From NCBI GenBank assembly GCA_051531975.1, contig JAOPTT010000005.1, forward strand, positions 160,001-224,000: a stretch of DNA of 64,000 bases, in the 5' to 3' direction. The position numbers and the translations under genes were made by a program. This document shows, piece by piece, positions 1 to 10,400 of the stretch (positions are counted from its first letter, which is position 1; each line of letters opens with the position of its first letter). The notes under the pieces are model-generated. The model saw nothing but the letters and a program-made list of their open reading frames with translations, searched no databases and was not told where the DNA came from. The stretch comes from Spirochaetaceae bacterium. GTDB taxonomy: Bacteria; Spirochaetota; Spirochaetia; DSM-2461.

Positions 1-1
1 T

Positions 2-418
2 AGTAATCCAGTAAAGAAAAATACTAAGGACATAAATATAAAACAACCATTTGTTCAAAAGGTCGAAAGCTATATAAATAAAATTGCTGTAGATTGTAAA
101 GAATATTCAATCTGCTGTTTTTATTCCAAAGAAGAAGGATTCTCTAAAATATGCTCTACAGTACAAGATATACTGGAAAATGAAAAAAGAAGTAGTGATA
201 TTATGGGATCACAAGAAGAATTATACCTTTTTCTGTTTCTACCTATAAGGTATGAGAATGCAGATTCTGTCTGTAAACGTTTAATAAGTAAGATAATGCA
301 GAAAGTTACAGATGAAACTGTTACATATTCTGTGGTTTCTTTTCCTAGGGATGGCAATAGGGTGGCAGATTTATTAAAGAAAGCTAAACCAGTACAAATG
401 GAGTTAAATAATGGCTGA
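2..418 (+). CDS. 5'-truncated protein ending in a degenerate GGDEF-like domain
   Basis: The frame of ORF 203..418 is open back to position 2. The C-terminus (RSSDIMG...FLFLP...VTYSVVSFPRDG...LLKKA) follows the GGDEF fold pattern but has no GG(D/E)EF motif. Confidence 0.5.
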   Translation, partial: SNPVKKNTKDINIKQPFVQKVESYINKIAVDCKEYSICCFYSKEEGFSKICSTVQDILENEKRSSDIMGSQEELYLFLFLPIRYENADSVCKRLISKIMQKVTDETVTYSVVSFPRDGNRVADLLKKAKPVQMELNNG

Positions 419-1535
419 AAAGATACTTATAGTAGATGATGATAGGCGCAACCTTATGGTACTTGAAGCATTGCTCATCCCCATGGGGTATGAAATATTA
501 TTAGCTTCGGATGGAATCGAAGCTGTGGAAACCGCAGGGAAAGAGTCCCCGGATTTGATCCTGATGGATATTATGATGCCCCGTCTAAATGGCTATGAAG
601 CAACAAAACAATTGAAGGGAGCCAATGAAACTAGTATGATTCCTATTGTCATGGTGACAGCCCTAAAAGAGGTTGAAGATCGGGTTCGTGCATTAGAGGT
701 GGGAGCCGATGATTTTCTGAGTAAACCAATAGATAAAACAGAGTTACGTGCCCGTGTAAAGTCCCTACTAAAGGTAAAAGCTTATAATGATTATATGCTT
801 GATCAGCAAAAAGAGTTGGAGGAAGCAGTTGATTTAAGGACAAAGCAATTAAAAGAAGCTTTGGAACAGGTCAAAGAAGCTTCTCTAGAGAGTATCTATC
901 GGCTGACCCGGGCATCTGAGTATAAAGATGAAAATACAGCGGCCCATATTATGCGTGTTAGCCATTATGCAAAAGAGGTAGCCATTAAAATGGGTTTAAG
1001 CGAAAATGAAGCGGATCTTCTTCTTTACGCTTCACCAATGCATGATGTAGGAAAAATAGGAATCCCAGATAGAGTTTTACTTAAACCGGGAAAGCTTGAT
1101 CCTGATGAATGGGTTATTATGAAACAGCATCCAATAATCGGTAAAAAAATTCTGGAGAATTCAAAACGGGATTATATAAAACTAGCTGAAGAGATTGCCA
1201 TCAGCCACCATGAAAAATGGGATGGCAGCGGTTATCCATATGGACTTAAAGGATCTGATATCCCTTTAAGTGGTCGTATTATTGCTGTAGTTGATGTGTT
1301 TGATGCATTATCATCGGATCGTCCCTATCGAAAACAACCCTTCCCTCTGGATAAGATATATATAATGCTTAAAGAGGGCCGTGGAAAACATTTTGATCCC
1401 GATGTTCTAGATGCTTTTTTTGCTATTGAAGATCAAATCCTTGCCATAAAGGAAAAGATTCAAGATAAAAGTATCAGTCTGCTCTTCCAGATTACAGAAA
1501 GTATAGGAAAAAACCAGAAAGGAGAAAAATTATGA
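411..1535 (+). CDS. Response regulator with HD-GYP c-di-GMP phosphodiesterase domain (RpfG-like)
   Basis: REC domain (ILIVDD, LMDIMMP, KP) followed by HDVGK, HHEKWDGSGYP and RPYRK motifs. Confidence 0.93.
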   Translation: MAEKILIVDDDRRNLMVLEALLIPMGYEILLASDGIEAVETAGKESPDLILMDIMMPRLNGYEATKQLKGANETSMIPIVMVTALKEVEDRVRALEVGADDFLSKPIDKTELRARVKSLLKVKAYNDYMLDQQKELEEAVDLRTKQLKEALEQVKEASLESIYRLTRASEYKDENTAAHIMRVSHYAKEVAIKMGLSENEADLLLYASPMHDVGKIGIPDRVLLKPGKLDPDEWVIMKQHPIIGKKILENSKRDYIKLAEEIAISHHEKWDGSGYPYGLKGSDIPLSGRIIAVVDVFDALSSDRPYRKQPFPLDKIYIMLKEGRGKHFDPDVLDAFFAIEDQILAIKEKIQDKSISLLFQITESIGKNQKGEKL

Positions 1536-1942
1536 GTTTAAGCAATAATATAAAAACCCATTCCAAAACTATACTTGTAGTAGAAGATGATAAGAAGAAT
1601 TTAAGACTAATCAGAGACCTTCTGGTATTTAGTGGATATAAAGTTCTGGAAGCAAGAGACGGTAGACAGGGAGTTGATATTACCAAAAGTAATAAACCTC
1701 ATCTTGTTTTAATGGATATTCAAATGCCAGTTATGGATGGCATTGAAGCTACATCTTTATTAAAAAAAGACCCTGATATTTGTGACATTCCGGTAATAGC
1801 CCTGACATCATATGCTATGAGAGGTGATAAGCAGCGATTCCTGGATGCAGGTTGTGATGGTTACATAACTAAACCTATAGATATTAGTAATTTCCTTGTT
1901 GAGATAGAAAAATATTTAAAGGATAACTTATGTGATGACTGA
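1532..1942 (+). CDS. Single-domain response regulator (DivK/CheY-like)
   Basis: VVEDD, LMDIQMP, LTSYAM and YITKP motifs; 136 aa with no output domain. Confidence 0.92.
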   Translation: MSLSNNIKTHSKTILVVEDDKKNLRLIRDLLVFSGYKVLEARDGRQGVDITKSNKPHLVLMDIQMPVMDGIEATSLLKKDPDICDIPVIALTSYAMRGDKQRFLDAGCDGYITKPIDISNFLVEIEKYLKDNLCDD

Positions 1943-3389
1943 AAAGAAAAGAGTAATAATCATAATGTTAATATACACAGCAATCACTCTATTTGTTGTT
2001 GATTTTACAATTTTCTTGCTCTACAACGCCGGATTTAATGATAACGAGCAGCAACTTGTACATTTAGTCCAGAGTCAGGCCCGCTTAATGGAGGCTATAG
2101 CCCAGTTTGAACAGTATAGTGATCATTCTCATGATCAAGGATGGAAAGATTCTACTATAATGCAAATAATCTACTCCCATGAGACTTATAGAGGTTTTGG
2201 AGATACTGGGGAATTTACTTTAGCTAAACTTGAAGATGAATCTATTATTTTTGTTCTTAGTCGCCGGCACGATGATCTTTACATCCCAGAAACTATACTT
2301 TTAAATTCGGAATATGCAAAACCCATGCAGCTGGCCCTATTAGGAAAATCGGGAACTGTTGTTGGTTATGATTACCGTAAAAAAATTGTTCTTGCTGCTT
2401 ATGAACCTGTGTCTATGCTAAATCTAGGTCTGGTGGCAAAGGTTGATCTGGAAGAAGTCAGAAAACCCTACATAGAGGCTAGTTTGATAGCCTTAACAAT
2501 CACTATTTTTTTTATATGTCTAGGAGTTGTTGTTTTATATAAAATCAGTGATCCAATGCTAAAAACTCTAAGAGAAAATGGTCTACAGTTGAAAAAAATA
2601 AACAAAGAACTACTTGATGGGATAACAATTAGAAAGGCTAAAGAAGTTGAACTACAAATTGCATATGATAAAATGGAAGAGTCTAGTCGTGCTAAATCTG
2701 AGTTTCTAGATTCCATGAGTCATGAACTTCGTACACCTTTGAACGGTATAATTGGTTTTTCTGATATGCTGAATCAAAATTTTGGAGGAGAACTTAATGA
2801 TAAACAGAGTCAGTATGTCCAGGATATACAGGAAAGTGGTCGACATCTTTTAAGCCTTATAAACGATATATTGGATTTTTCTAAAATAGTATCCGGTAAA
2901 ACAGAATTAGAATTAGCAGAATTTAATCTATATGAATTATTGGAACATAGTTTAGTTATAGTGAATGAGAGATGTATTAAGCGGAATATCAGTCTCAATT
3001 TTAATGTTTCTGAGGATATGCAAAATATAAAGGTAAGAGTCGATAAGTGGAGGTTTAATCAAATTATGTATAATCTTCTTTCTAATGCTGTAAAATTTAC
3101 TCCGGATAGTGGTGATATCTCACTGGATGCTGTCTTGAAGGACAATGTCGTTATTGTCTCTGTTGTAGATTCGGGTATCGGAATAACAGAAGAGCAGCAG
3201 AAGATGATATTTGAAGAGTTTTATCAGGTTAAAGGAGGGACTCAGGATAAAACCCCAGGTACAGGACTAGGATTGAATATTGTTAAGAATATGGTTGAGT
3301 TACACGGTGGAAAATTATGGGTAGTGAGTGAAGGTGAAGGTCTTGGTAGTTGTTTCTCATTTTCTATACCTCTAATCACAGAACTTTAG
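1935..3389 (+). CDS. Membrane sensor histidine kinase
   Basis: Two TM segments flank an extracytoplasmic domain; H-box SHELRTPLNG, NLLSNAVKF, DSGIGI and GTGLGL. Confidence 0.93.
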   Translation: MTEKKRVIIIMLIYTAITLFVVDFTIFLLYNAGFNDNEQQLVHLVQSQARLMEAIAQFEQYSDHSHDQGWKDSTIMQIIYSHETYRGFGDTGEFTLAKLEDESIIFVLSRRHDDLYIPETILLNSEYAKPMQLALLGKSGTVVGYDYRKKIVLAAYEPVSMLNLGLVAKVDLEEVRKPYIEASLIALTITIFFICLGVVVLYKISDPMLKTLRENGLQLKKINKELLDGITIRKAKEVELQIAYDKMEESSRAKSEFLDSMSHELRTPLNGIIGFSDMLNQNFGGELNDKQSQYVQDIQESGRHLLSLINDILDFSKIVSGKTELELAEFNLYELLEHSLVIVNERCIKRNISLNFNVSEDMQNIKVRVDKWRFNQIMYNLLSNAVKFTPDSGDISLDAVLKDNVVIVSVVDSGIGITEEQQKMIFEEFYQVKGGTQDKTPGTGLGLNIVKNMVELHGGKLWVVSEGEGLGSCFSFSIPLITEL

Positions 3390-4479
3390 GTAAAACGAAC
3401 CAGAAAGTACTGCCTTTATCAGGTTCACTTATTAAACCTATTTCTCCATTATGAGCCTCGATTACCATTTTACAAAATGTTAACCCCAGACCAGTAGAAT
3501 ACTGTTTGTTTTCACCGTCTATTTTAACCTGTCCAAATTTTTCAAAAACTTTATCATGAAACTCTGTTGGAATTCCTGAACCTTCATCTGTTACCTCTAC
3601 TCTGTGGCTTCCATCTATATTTTCAATTGTAATTCTAACGTTCCCGTCTTCTTTTGTATATTTTATTGCGTTCCCAATTAGATTGTTCATAACACGAAAA
3701 ATAAGGTCTTTATCGCAAGAAATATTAATTTTTTTCTCATTGGAATTAATCATAATTTGATGATCTATGGCTAGAGGTTGTAGAGAATCTACTGATTTTT
3801 GAATAAGAGTAAGTAAATCGCAATTGCATATATTTAGCTCTAGTTTTTCATCTTCCATCTTTTCTATATCCAGTAGGGAACTGATCATCTCAATCAGACT
3901 GTTTAAAATTGCTCTAGAGAAAGTAGCCATTTGTACGATTCCCTGATCTTCTATTTTTTGTTCAAAATATTCCAGATAGCAGTTAATGGAGGTAATCGGT
4001 TGTCGTAAATCGTGAATTATCATATGTGTCAGGCTATCTTTAAGTAGGGTTATTTCTTTAAGTTTTATAAAATTTGTCTTAACTTCATCATGCAGGTGTT
4101 TAGCATATACAGCATTTTTTACACGTAAATTTACTTCAACTTTATCAATAGGTTTTGTTAAGAACTCATTTGCTCCGGCTTCAATGCCTTTTATAAGATT
4201 TTCATGATCAGAAAAGGCTGATACCATAATTACTGGAATTGGGGCAGTTTCAGGATCTTTTTTTAGAATCTTACAGGCTTCAAAACCATTCATTTCCGGC
4301 ATCATAACATCTAAAAGAATAACATCGGGATTTTTTTCATGTGCTTTTTTTATTGCCTGTATTCCATTTACAGCTTCAATTACCTGATAATTGTTCATTT
4401 GAAGCAGACTACTCAGTAAATCTCTATTTCTACGTTCATCATCTACAACTAGAATTAATCCCTGATTATCATCTGACAT
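3376..4479 (-). CDS. Hybrid REC-HisKA-HATPase signalling protein
   Basis: N-terminal REC (LLDVMMP), H-box HDLRQP, NLIGNAIKY, DEGSGI and STGLGL. Its 3' end overlaps the convergent kinase gene by 14 bp. Confidence 0.92.
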   Translation of the reverse strand: MSDDNQGLILVVDDERRNRDLLSSLLQMNNYQVIEAVNGIQAIKKAHEKNPDVILLDVMMPEMNGFEACKILKKDPETAPIPVIMVSAFSDHENLIKGIEAGANEFLTKPIDKVEVNLRVKNAVYAKHLHDEVKTNFIKLKEITLLKDSLTHMIIHDLRQPITSINCYLEYFEQKIEDQGIVQMATFSRAILNSLIEMISSLLDIEKMEDEKLELNICNCDLLTLIQKSVDSLQPLAIDHQIMINSNEKKINISCDKDLIFRVMNNLIGNAIKYTKEDGNVRITIENIDGSHRVEVTDEGSGIPTEFHDKVFEKFGQVKIDGENKQYSTGLGLTFCKMVIEAHNGEIGLISEPDKGSTFWFVLPKVL

Positions 4480-4491
4480 CTTTATTCTCCA

Positions 4492-4617
4492 TCAGCCCTC
4501 AATAAAACTTAGTAGTTTGAACATTCTAAAAAGTTTTTAGATTCCAGCAGTACCTATATAAAGTGCTCTTTCAACCATAGGATCTGTGAAAAAGGCTGTA
4601 ATAACTAATAAAATTGT
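4492..4617 (-). pseudogene. Probable remnant of a receiver-domain gene (C-terminal half)
   Basis: Manual translation gives ILLVITAFFTDPMVERALYIGTAGI*KLFRMFKLLSFIEG*, matching the REC beta4-alpha5 pattern with an internal stop. It ends just before the RBS of 3376..4479. Confidence 0.45.
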
Positions 4618-4818
4618 TTACTCAATAAATACCACCTAAATCAGTAATTTGTATTAAATAACACATTATATATTAATAATAATACATCCTGTATGAATGT
4701 ACATAAGGAAAAAATATTTATTTTTTTTTGTTAATAATAATTAACATTAAATGATTAGGATAGAAAAAAAAACACTTATGACTTGATTTCGCTTATACTT
4801 AAACTGTGGGTTAGTGTT

Positions 4819-5658
4819 ATGTTTAAGATAATATTGATGTTGTTTATACCCTATTTTATTTTCTCCCAGGATAAAGTCTTAAAACTAGTATATAAAGAGA
4901 CTGGTAAAGTTCCCTATATGCAAAAAGCTCCCGATAACTCCGGTTTATATTTAGATCTAATGAGCAGAGCCGCTGAAAAAATTGGATTTGAGATTGACGT
5001 TATTCGTCTTCCAAAACAAAGAACATATAAAATGCTTGAACTTGGTGATGCTGATCTATATGCCAGTGGAGAATTCAGAGATTATAGATCTAATTTTCTA
5101 TTTTATTTTAGCAATGGACTATATCGAGAAGAGATTTTTTATGGGTTAACAACTTCTGACATACCTGAATTATTATCCATATCCGATATAAACAGATATA
5201 ACCTGACCTGGGAATTTGAATTAGGAAATTCATGGCCAATTTTAGCAAAAAGGTATAATGTGAAATATCATCAAATTAAAGATGGAAATGTAATAGATAA
5301 AGCTATTCTGCTATTAAAAGCAGGAAGGCCTCTGTTTTTCAGATTTACTATTGAGGAAATAGAAGAATATTTAAAATCAAATAATTTAGATTCATTGGGA
5401 AGTTTAGGAATAAAAATCCATCAAAACTTAGGTGATAAACATCAGGCTCCACTTTATGCATCATTCTCCAGATTTTCAAAGTATTATAAAGAACAAAAAA
5501 ATATAAAATTCAATAGTGATAAAAGGCTGGGAGTCGATAATTTTCCTGTTGAATTAGTACCTGGATCTATTCCATATAAACTACAATCATCCCTTTTAGA
5601 GATGATAGAGTCAGGGGAAGTAGAACTTTTGATTAAAAAATATGGGTTTAAAAAATAA
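4819..5658 (+). CDS. Extracytoplasmic solute-binding protein (family 3-like), orphan
   Basis: Signal peptide; PY...GLYLDL...AEKIG...RLPKQR...LELGDAD pattern; C-terminal L.EMIESGEVELLIKKYG. ATG at 4819 is preferred over TTG at 4783. Confidence 0.7.
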   Translation: MFKIILMLFIPYFIFSQDKVLKLVYKETGKVPYMQKAPDNSGLYLDLMSRAAEKIGFEIDVIRLPKQRTYKMLELGDADLYASGEFRDYRSNFLFYFSNGLYREEIFYGLTTSDIPELLSISDINRYNLTWEFELGNSWPILAKRYNVKYHQIKDGNVIDKAILLLKAGRPLFFRFTIEEIEEYLKSNNLDSLGSLGIKIHQNLGDKHQAPLYASFSRFSKYYKEQKNIKFNSDKRLGVDNFPVELVPGSIPYKLQSSLLEMIESGEVELLIKKYGFKK

Positions 5659-5688
5659 AAGGCCGCAAAACGACCTTTTATTTATTTT
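5657..5688 (-). terminator. Intrinsic terminator between convergent genes
   Basis: Minus-strand stem AAAAGGTCG/CGGCCTTTT with one G-U pair; T-runs on both strands. Confidence 0.7.
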
Positions 5689-7473
5689 TTAATCATGTAC
5701 TGTACGTTTAGTATAATGGGTGTGCAGAAGTTCATGAGCTTTGTGACTGTTAGGTGTCCCAAGAAAATCGTGATAAATAGTTTTGATCAAAGGATTCTCA
5801 TGAGATTTCCTCAATTGTTTTCCTTCATCTTCTTGAATTATTGCACGAAACCGCAACTTCTTAACTTCTTCTGTGGACCTTCTAGGTTGTCCTCCACCGG
5901 AAATACAACCACCGGGACAGCCCATAACTTCAATTAAGTGATATGGGGATTTTCCAGCTTTTACATCCTCCATTAGAACTTTAGCATTACCCAGACCTGA
6001 TGTCGCAGCTACTCTTGCAGTTACACCATTTAGCCAGCTATATTCAGGTAAACAATTTTCAAATAAAAGACTCGCTTCACGTATGCCTTTAATATCCATG
6101 AGATCTGTTACATGAAGTCCATCCATTGGTAACTCTTTACCCGTAACCAGTTCATAGACAGTTCTAATTGCAGCCTCTGTAACACCTCCAGAATTGGCAA
6201 AAATATCAGCAGCACCACTTGAGCGACCTAAAGGATCATCAAACTCAGAATCATGTAGATTAACAAAATCAATAGTGTGTTCACGGATTATCTTTCCAAG
6301 CTCTCTTGTAGTGAGCACATAGTCTACATCCTGAAAGCCACTTGCTCTCATTTCCGGTCTTGCCGCTTCATATTTTTTTGCAGTACAAGGCATAATGGAG
6401 ACAGAGACAATATCTTTTGGATCAATATTTTTACTCTTGGCATAATAGGTTTTAATAATTGTACCCATCATCTGCTGTGGGGATTTTGCAGTTGAAACAT
6501 TTGCTGTTAACTCTGGGAAATAATGTTCAAGATATTTAACCCATCCTGGAGAACAGCTTGTTGTCATTGGAAGTGAAACAGTGTTGTCTTTATCTACAAT
6601 TGCTTTCTTGAGACGTGTTAATAGTTCTGTTCCTTCTTCAATTATTGTTAAATCCGCCGAAAAGTTTGTATCAAAAACAGAATCAAATCCTAAAAGATTT
6701 AACGCTGTAACCATTTTTTTGGTAACAAGAGTTCCAGGAGGAAGCCCCTGTGTTTCCCCTAATGCAGCCCTGATTGCAGGAGCAGTTTGCACAACTACAT
6801 GTTTAGTTGGGTCATTTATTGCAGCTCTTACATTTTCTATATCATCTCTTTCATAAATTGCATTTACCGGGCATACAGCAATGCACTGACCACAGTTAAT
6901 ACATATTGTATCTCCTAAGTTTTCAAATGCAGGCTGAACTAAAGAACTAAAACCTCTTTCCATTATTCCTATGGCATGAATATCCTGTACGTCCTGACAA
7001 ACTGTGATACATCGTCTACAGAGAATACATTTACTGTTATCCCTTACTATGGATCGTGACGACTGATCGATAGTCTCATCGCAAATACTAGTTTCAAAAC
7101 GATATGCATCAACACGGAACTGATTTGCCAATTCCTGAAGTTCACAGTCCATACTCCTATCACAACTTAGACAGTCTTTTCTATGAGCTGATAACATTAG
7201 TTCCAATGCTGTTTTCCTTGCTTTATGGATCTGTGCTGTATTAGTATCAATTACCATACCCTCAGTAACTTGTAATACACAAGCAGCAAGTAAATTGGGT
7301 CTTCCCTCTACTTGAACTACACAAATCCGACAAATCCCATGTGCATGTAGTTCCGGCAGGTGACATAGTGTAGGTATATTAATTCCTATATCCTTTGCTG
7401 CCTTTAATACTGTTGTTCCAGCGGCCACGACCGTTTGGATTCCATTAATAGTTAATTTGATATTTTCATTCAT
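5689..7473 (-). CDS. hydA: [FeFe]-hydrogenase group A catalytic subunit (HydA/HndD-like)
   Basis: H-cluster motifs TSCSPGW, MPCTAKKYE and EVMGCPGGCISGGGQP; N-terminal 2Fe-2S, His-ligated 4Fe-4S (HRKDCLSC..C) and two CxxCxxCxxxC motifs. ATG at 7473 follows a GGGAGG RBS. Confidence 0.96.
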   Translation of the reverse strand: MNENIKLTINGIQTVVAAGTTVLKAAKDIGINIPTLCHLPELHAHGICRICVVQVEGRPNLLAACVLQVTEGMVIDTNTAQIHKARKTALELMLSAHRKDCLSCDRSMDCELQELANQFRVDAYRFETSICDETIDQSSRSIVRDNSKCILCRRCITVCQDVQDIHAIGIMERGFSSLVQPAFENLGDTICINCGQCIAVCPVNAIYERDDIENVRAAINDPTKHVVVQTAPAIRAALGETQGLPPGTLVTKKMVTALNLLGFDSVFDTNFSADLTIIEEGTELLTRLKKAIVDKDNTVSLPMTTSCSPGWVKYLEHYFPELTANVSTAKSPQQMMGTIIKTYYAKSKNIDPKDIVSVSIMPCTAKKYEAARPEMRASGFQDVDYVLTTRELGKIIREHTIDFVNLHDSEFDDPLGRSSGAADIFANSGGVTEAAIRTVYELVTGKELPMDGLHVTDLMDIKGIREASLLFENCLPEYSWLNGVTARVAATSGLGNAKVLMEDVKAGKSPYHLIEVMGCPGGCISGGGQPRRSTEEVKKLRFRAIIQEDEGKQLRKSHENPLIKTIYHDFLGTPNSHKAHELLHTHYTKRTVHD

Positions 7474-7492
7474 GATAATTTCCTCCCAGTTC

Positions 7493-10400
7493 CTAGACTT
7501 CACACTCACGATAATCACATCGTAAACATCTCTTTACCTCATCAAGGATTTTATCTTCCCAGTTGACTCCACGATTAACTAAAAGAAAGTTCTTAATTCT
7601 ATCTTCTGCAGCTGAATATTCAACTTCAACTCTATCGGATTCAACAGGATCGACATCTGAATTAAAATAAACATCAGGAGAAATTGTTTTTTGCCATGAA
7701 AAGTTTTTAATAATACCAGGATTCAAATATTTTTCAATTGATACACCTACTTTCTCACCCTGTCCAATAGCCACTGCAAGATTTGCCAGACCTAGAACAT
7801 CTCCAGCAGCAAATACTTTAGGATCTGAAGTTTGAAAAGTATCTTTATCTACTTTTATTGAACCATTTCTATTTTTCTGGAGACCTTCAGCAAAAGAAAA
7901 ATCAATTACTTGAGAAATAGCAGGGATCAGGTAATCACATTCATATTCCACAATGCTCTCTTCTCCGTCCAAAGGACTTGGACTTTTTCTTCCTGAAGAA
8001 TCAAATCCACCTAAAGACTGTTTTCGACATCGAATTGCTTTGACTTTTCCATCTGAAACTATAATCTCATCTATATCAGTTAATTCTACAGGATTAATAC
8101 CCTCTTCTATTAATTCTGATATTTCCTCTTCCTCTGCTGGCATCTCATCAATTGTCCTTCGGTATGCCAGAGTTATCTTTTTTGCACCTAGGCGCAGAGC
8201 GGTTCTTGCAACATCTACTGCTGTACTTCCACCCCCAATAATAACAATATTACCTTCAACTTTCTTAAGATCATTATGTGCTACCATCCATAAGAAGTCA
8301 GTTCCACCAATGATCCCTTCAGCTTCCTCACCACTCATGTTCAGTTTTTTGCTTTCCCAACCACCAACTGTAATTACTACAGCATCATGTTCTTCTTTAA
8401 TCTGATCCATGGTAATGTCTTTACCAACAAGTGTAGATAATTTACAATCCACACCCATTTCTATAATATTATTTATCTCATTATTCAATAAAGCCTTAGG
8501 ATATCTGTATTCGGGAATCCCATACATCATCATCCCTCCTAATTTTTCCTGGCCTTCATAAATAGTTACATTATGTCCTAACCTTTTTAGGAAAAATGCA
8601 GCAGTTAATCCTGCAGGACCTCCACCAATTATTGCAATGTTCTTTATCTGGGAAGCTGTCCTAGTCATAATTGGTGGCATAGGATAAACACCCTGTTTTC
8701 CACCTTTTTCAGTCATGAAACGTTTAACTTCCCGGATAGCCAATGGAGCATCCAGGGTATCTCGACGACATTTTGTCTCACAAGGATGTGTACAGGTCAA
8801 CCCACATGCTATTGGGAACGGGTTTCTATCCAGATGGGAAATAAGGGCTTCTTCATACCTTTTTTCAGATGTTAATGCGACAAAAGCTGGAACATTTACA
8901 CCTGCAGGACAGGCATTTTGACAAGGGGCATATACTAACTCTGTACACACTCCTGCTGGACATTTTTTATCTCTTATATGAGCTTCATATTCCTCTCGGA
9001 AATTTTTAATAGTTGATAATACTGGATTTGGTGCAGTTTGACCTAATCCACATATAGCTGTAATTTTAATATCTTCACCAAGGCTGATAAGCTCTTCAAT
9101 ATCTCCCTCTTTTCCTTGACCATTTGATATACGATTTAAAATATCCAGCATCTGTTTTGTTCCTATACGACACGGAGGACATTTTCCACAAGATTCATCC
9201 TGGATAAATTCCATAAAGAACTTTGCTAGGTCAACCATACAGGTATCTTCGCTCATAACAATTAAACCACCAGAACCCATCATGGCTCCAGCTTGTTTTA
9301 AAGATTCATAATCAATTGATACATTGAGTTTGTTTTTAGGTAGACATCCACCTGACGGGCCACCAATCTGGGCAGCTTTGAAATCTTTAGCATCAATAAC
9401 ACCACCTCCGATATCAAAAATTATCTCGCCTAGAGTAATACCCATAGGAACTTCTATTAAACCTACATTTTTAACTGCACCGGCTAATGCAAAAATCTTT
9501 GTACCTTTGGATTTTTCTGTACCTATTGTATTTAATTTATCTGCACCAAGGCGGATAATGTGAGGTATATTTCCAAACGTTTCTACATTATTTACAAGGG
9601 TAGGGCAGTCCCATACTCCTTTTTGGGCAGGAAATGGTGGCTTTGGCCAAGGTTCACCTCTTTTACCTTGAATGGAATTGATTAATGCAGTCTCTTCTCC
9701 ACAGACAAATGCTCCTGCTCCCATTCGTATTTCGATATCAAAATTAAAATTTGTATTACAGATATTGCCACCTAATAATCCGTATGACCTGGCCTGTTTT
9801 ATTGCTAGATCAAGTCTATCAATTGCCAGTGGATATTCTGCTCTACAGTAGATGTATCCTCTCTCTGCACCAATAGCAAATGCAGCTAGAGCCATGCCTT
9901 CAAGGATAGTGTGGGGTAAATCCTCAAGTTGGCTTCTATCCATAAAAGCCCCCGGATCACCTTCGTCAGCGTTACATACTACATACTTTTTTCCATTGTC
10001 AGATTTTGATTTAGCAGTAATCTGCCATTTTAAACCGGTTGGAAAACCACCACCACCACGGCCTCGAAGTCCTGAATCTATAACTGAGGTTACAACATCT
10101 TCAGGTTTCATTGATGTAATAGCCTTAAGCAGTCCGTTATATCCACCAACTGCAATATATTCATCAATCTCTTCAGGGTTTATAAGTCCCGCATAATCCC
10201 GGGCAAATATTTGTTGTTTCCCAAAAAATGGAATATCTTTCATTTCCATAACTGGTTTGTTTGTATTTGGATCTTTATATACTAATGTCCCTACAGTATC
10301 ACCATTTATCAGATGGCTGGTTACTATTTCACTAGCATTTTTAGGTTCGATTTTTGTATAAAGAACACCGTCAGGATATATCATAACCAGGGGTTCCAAT

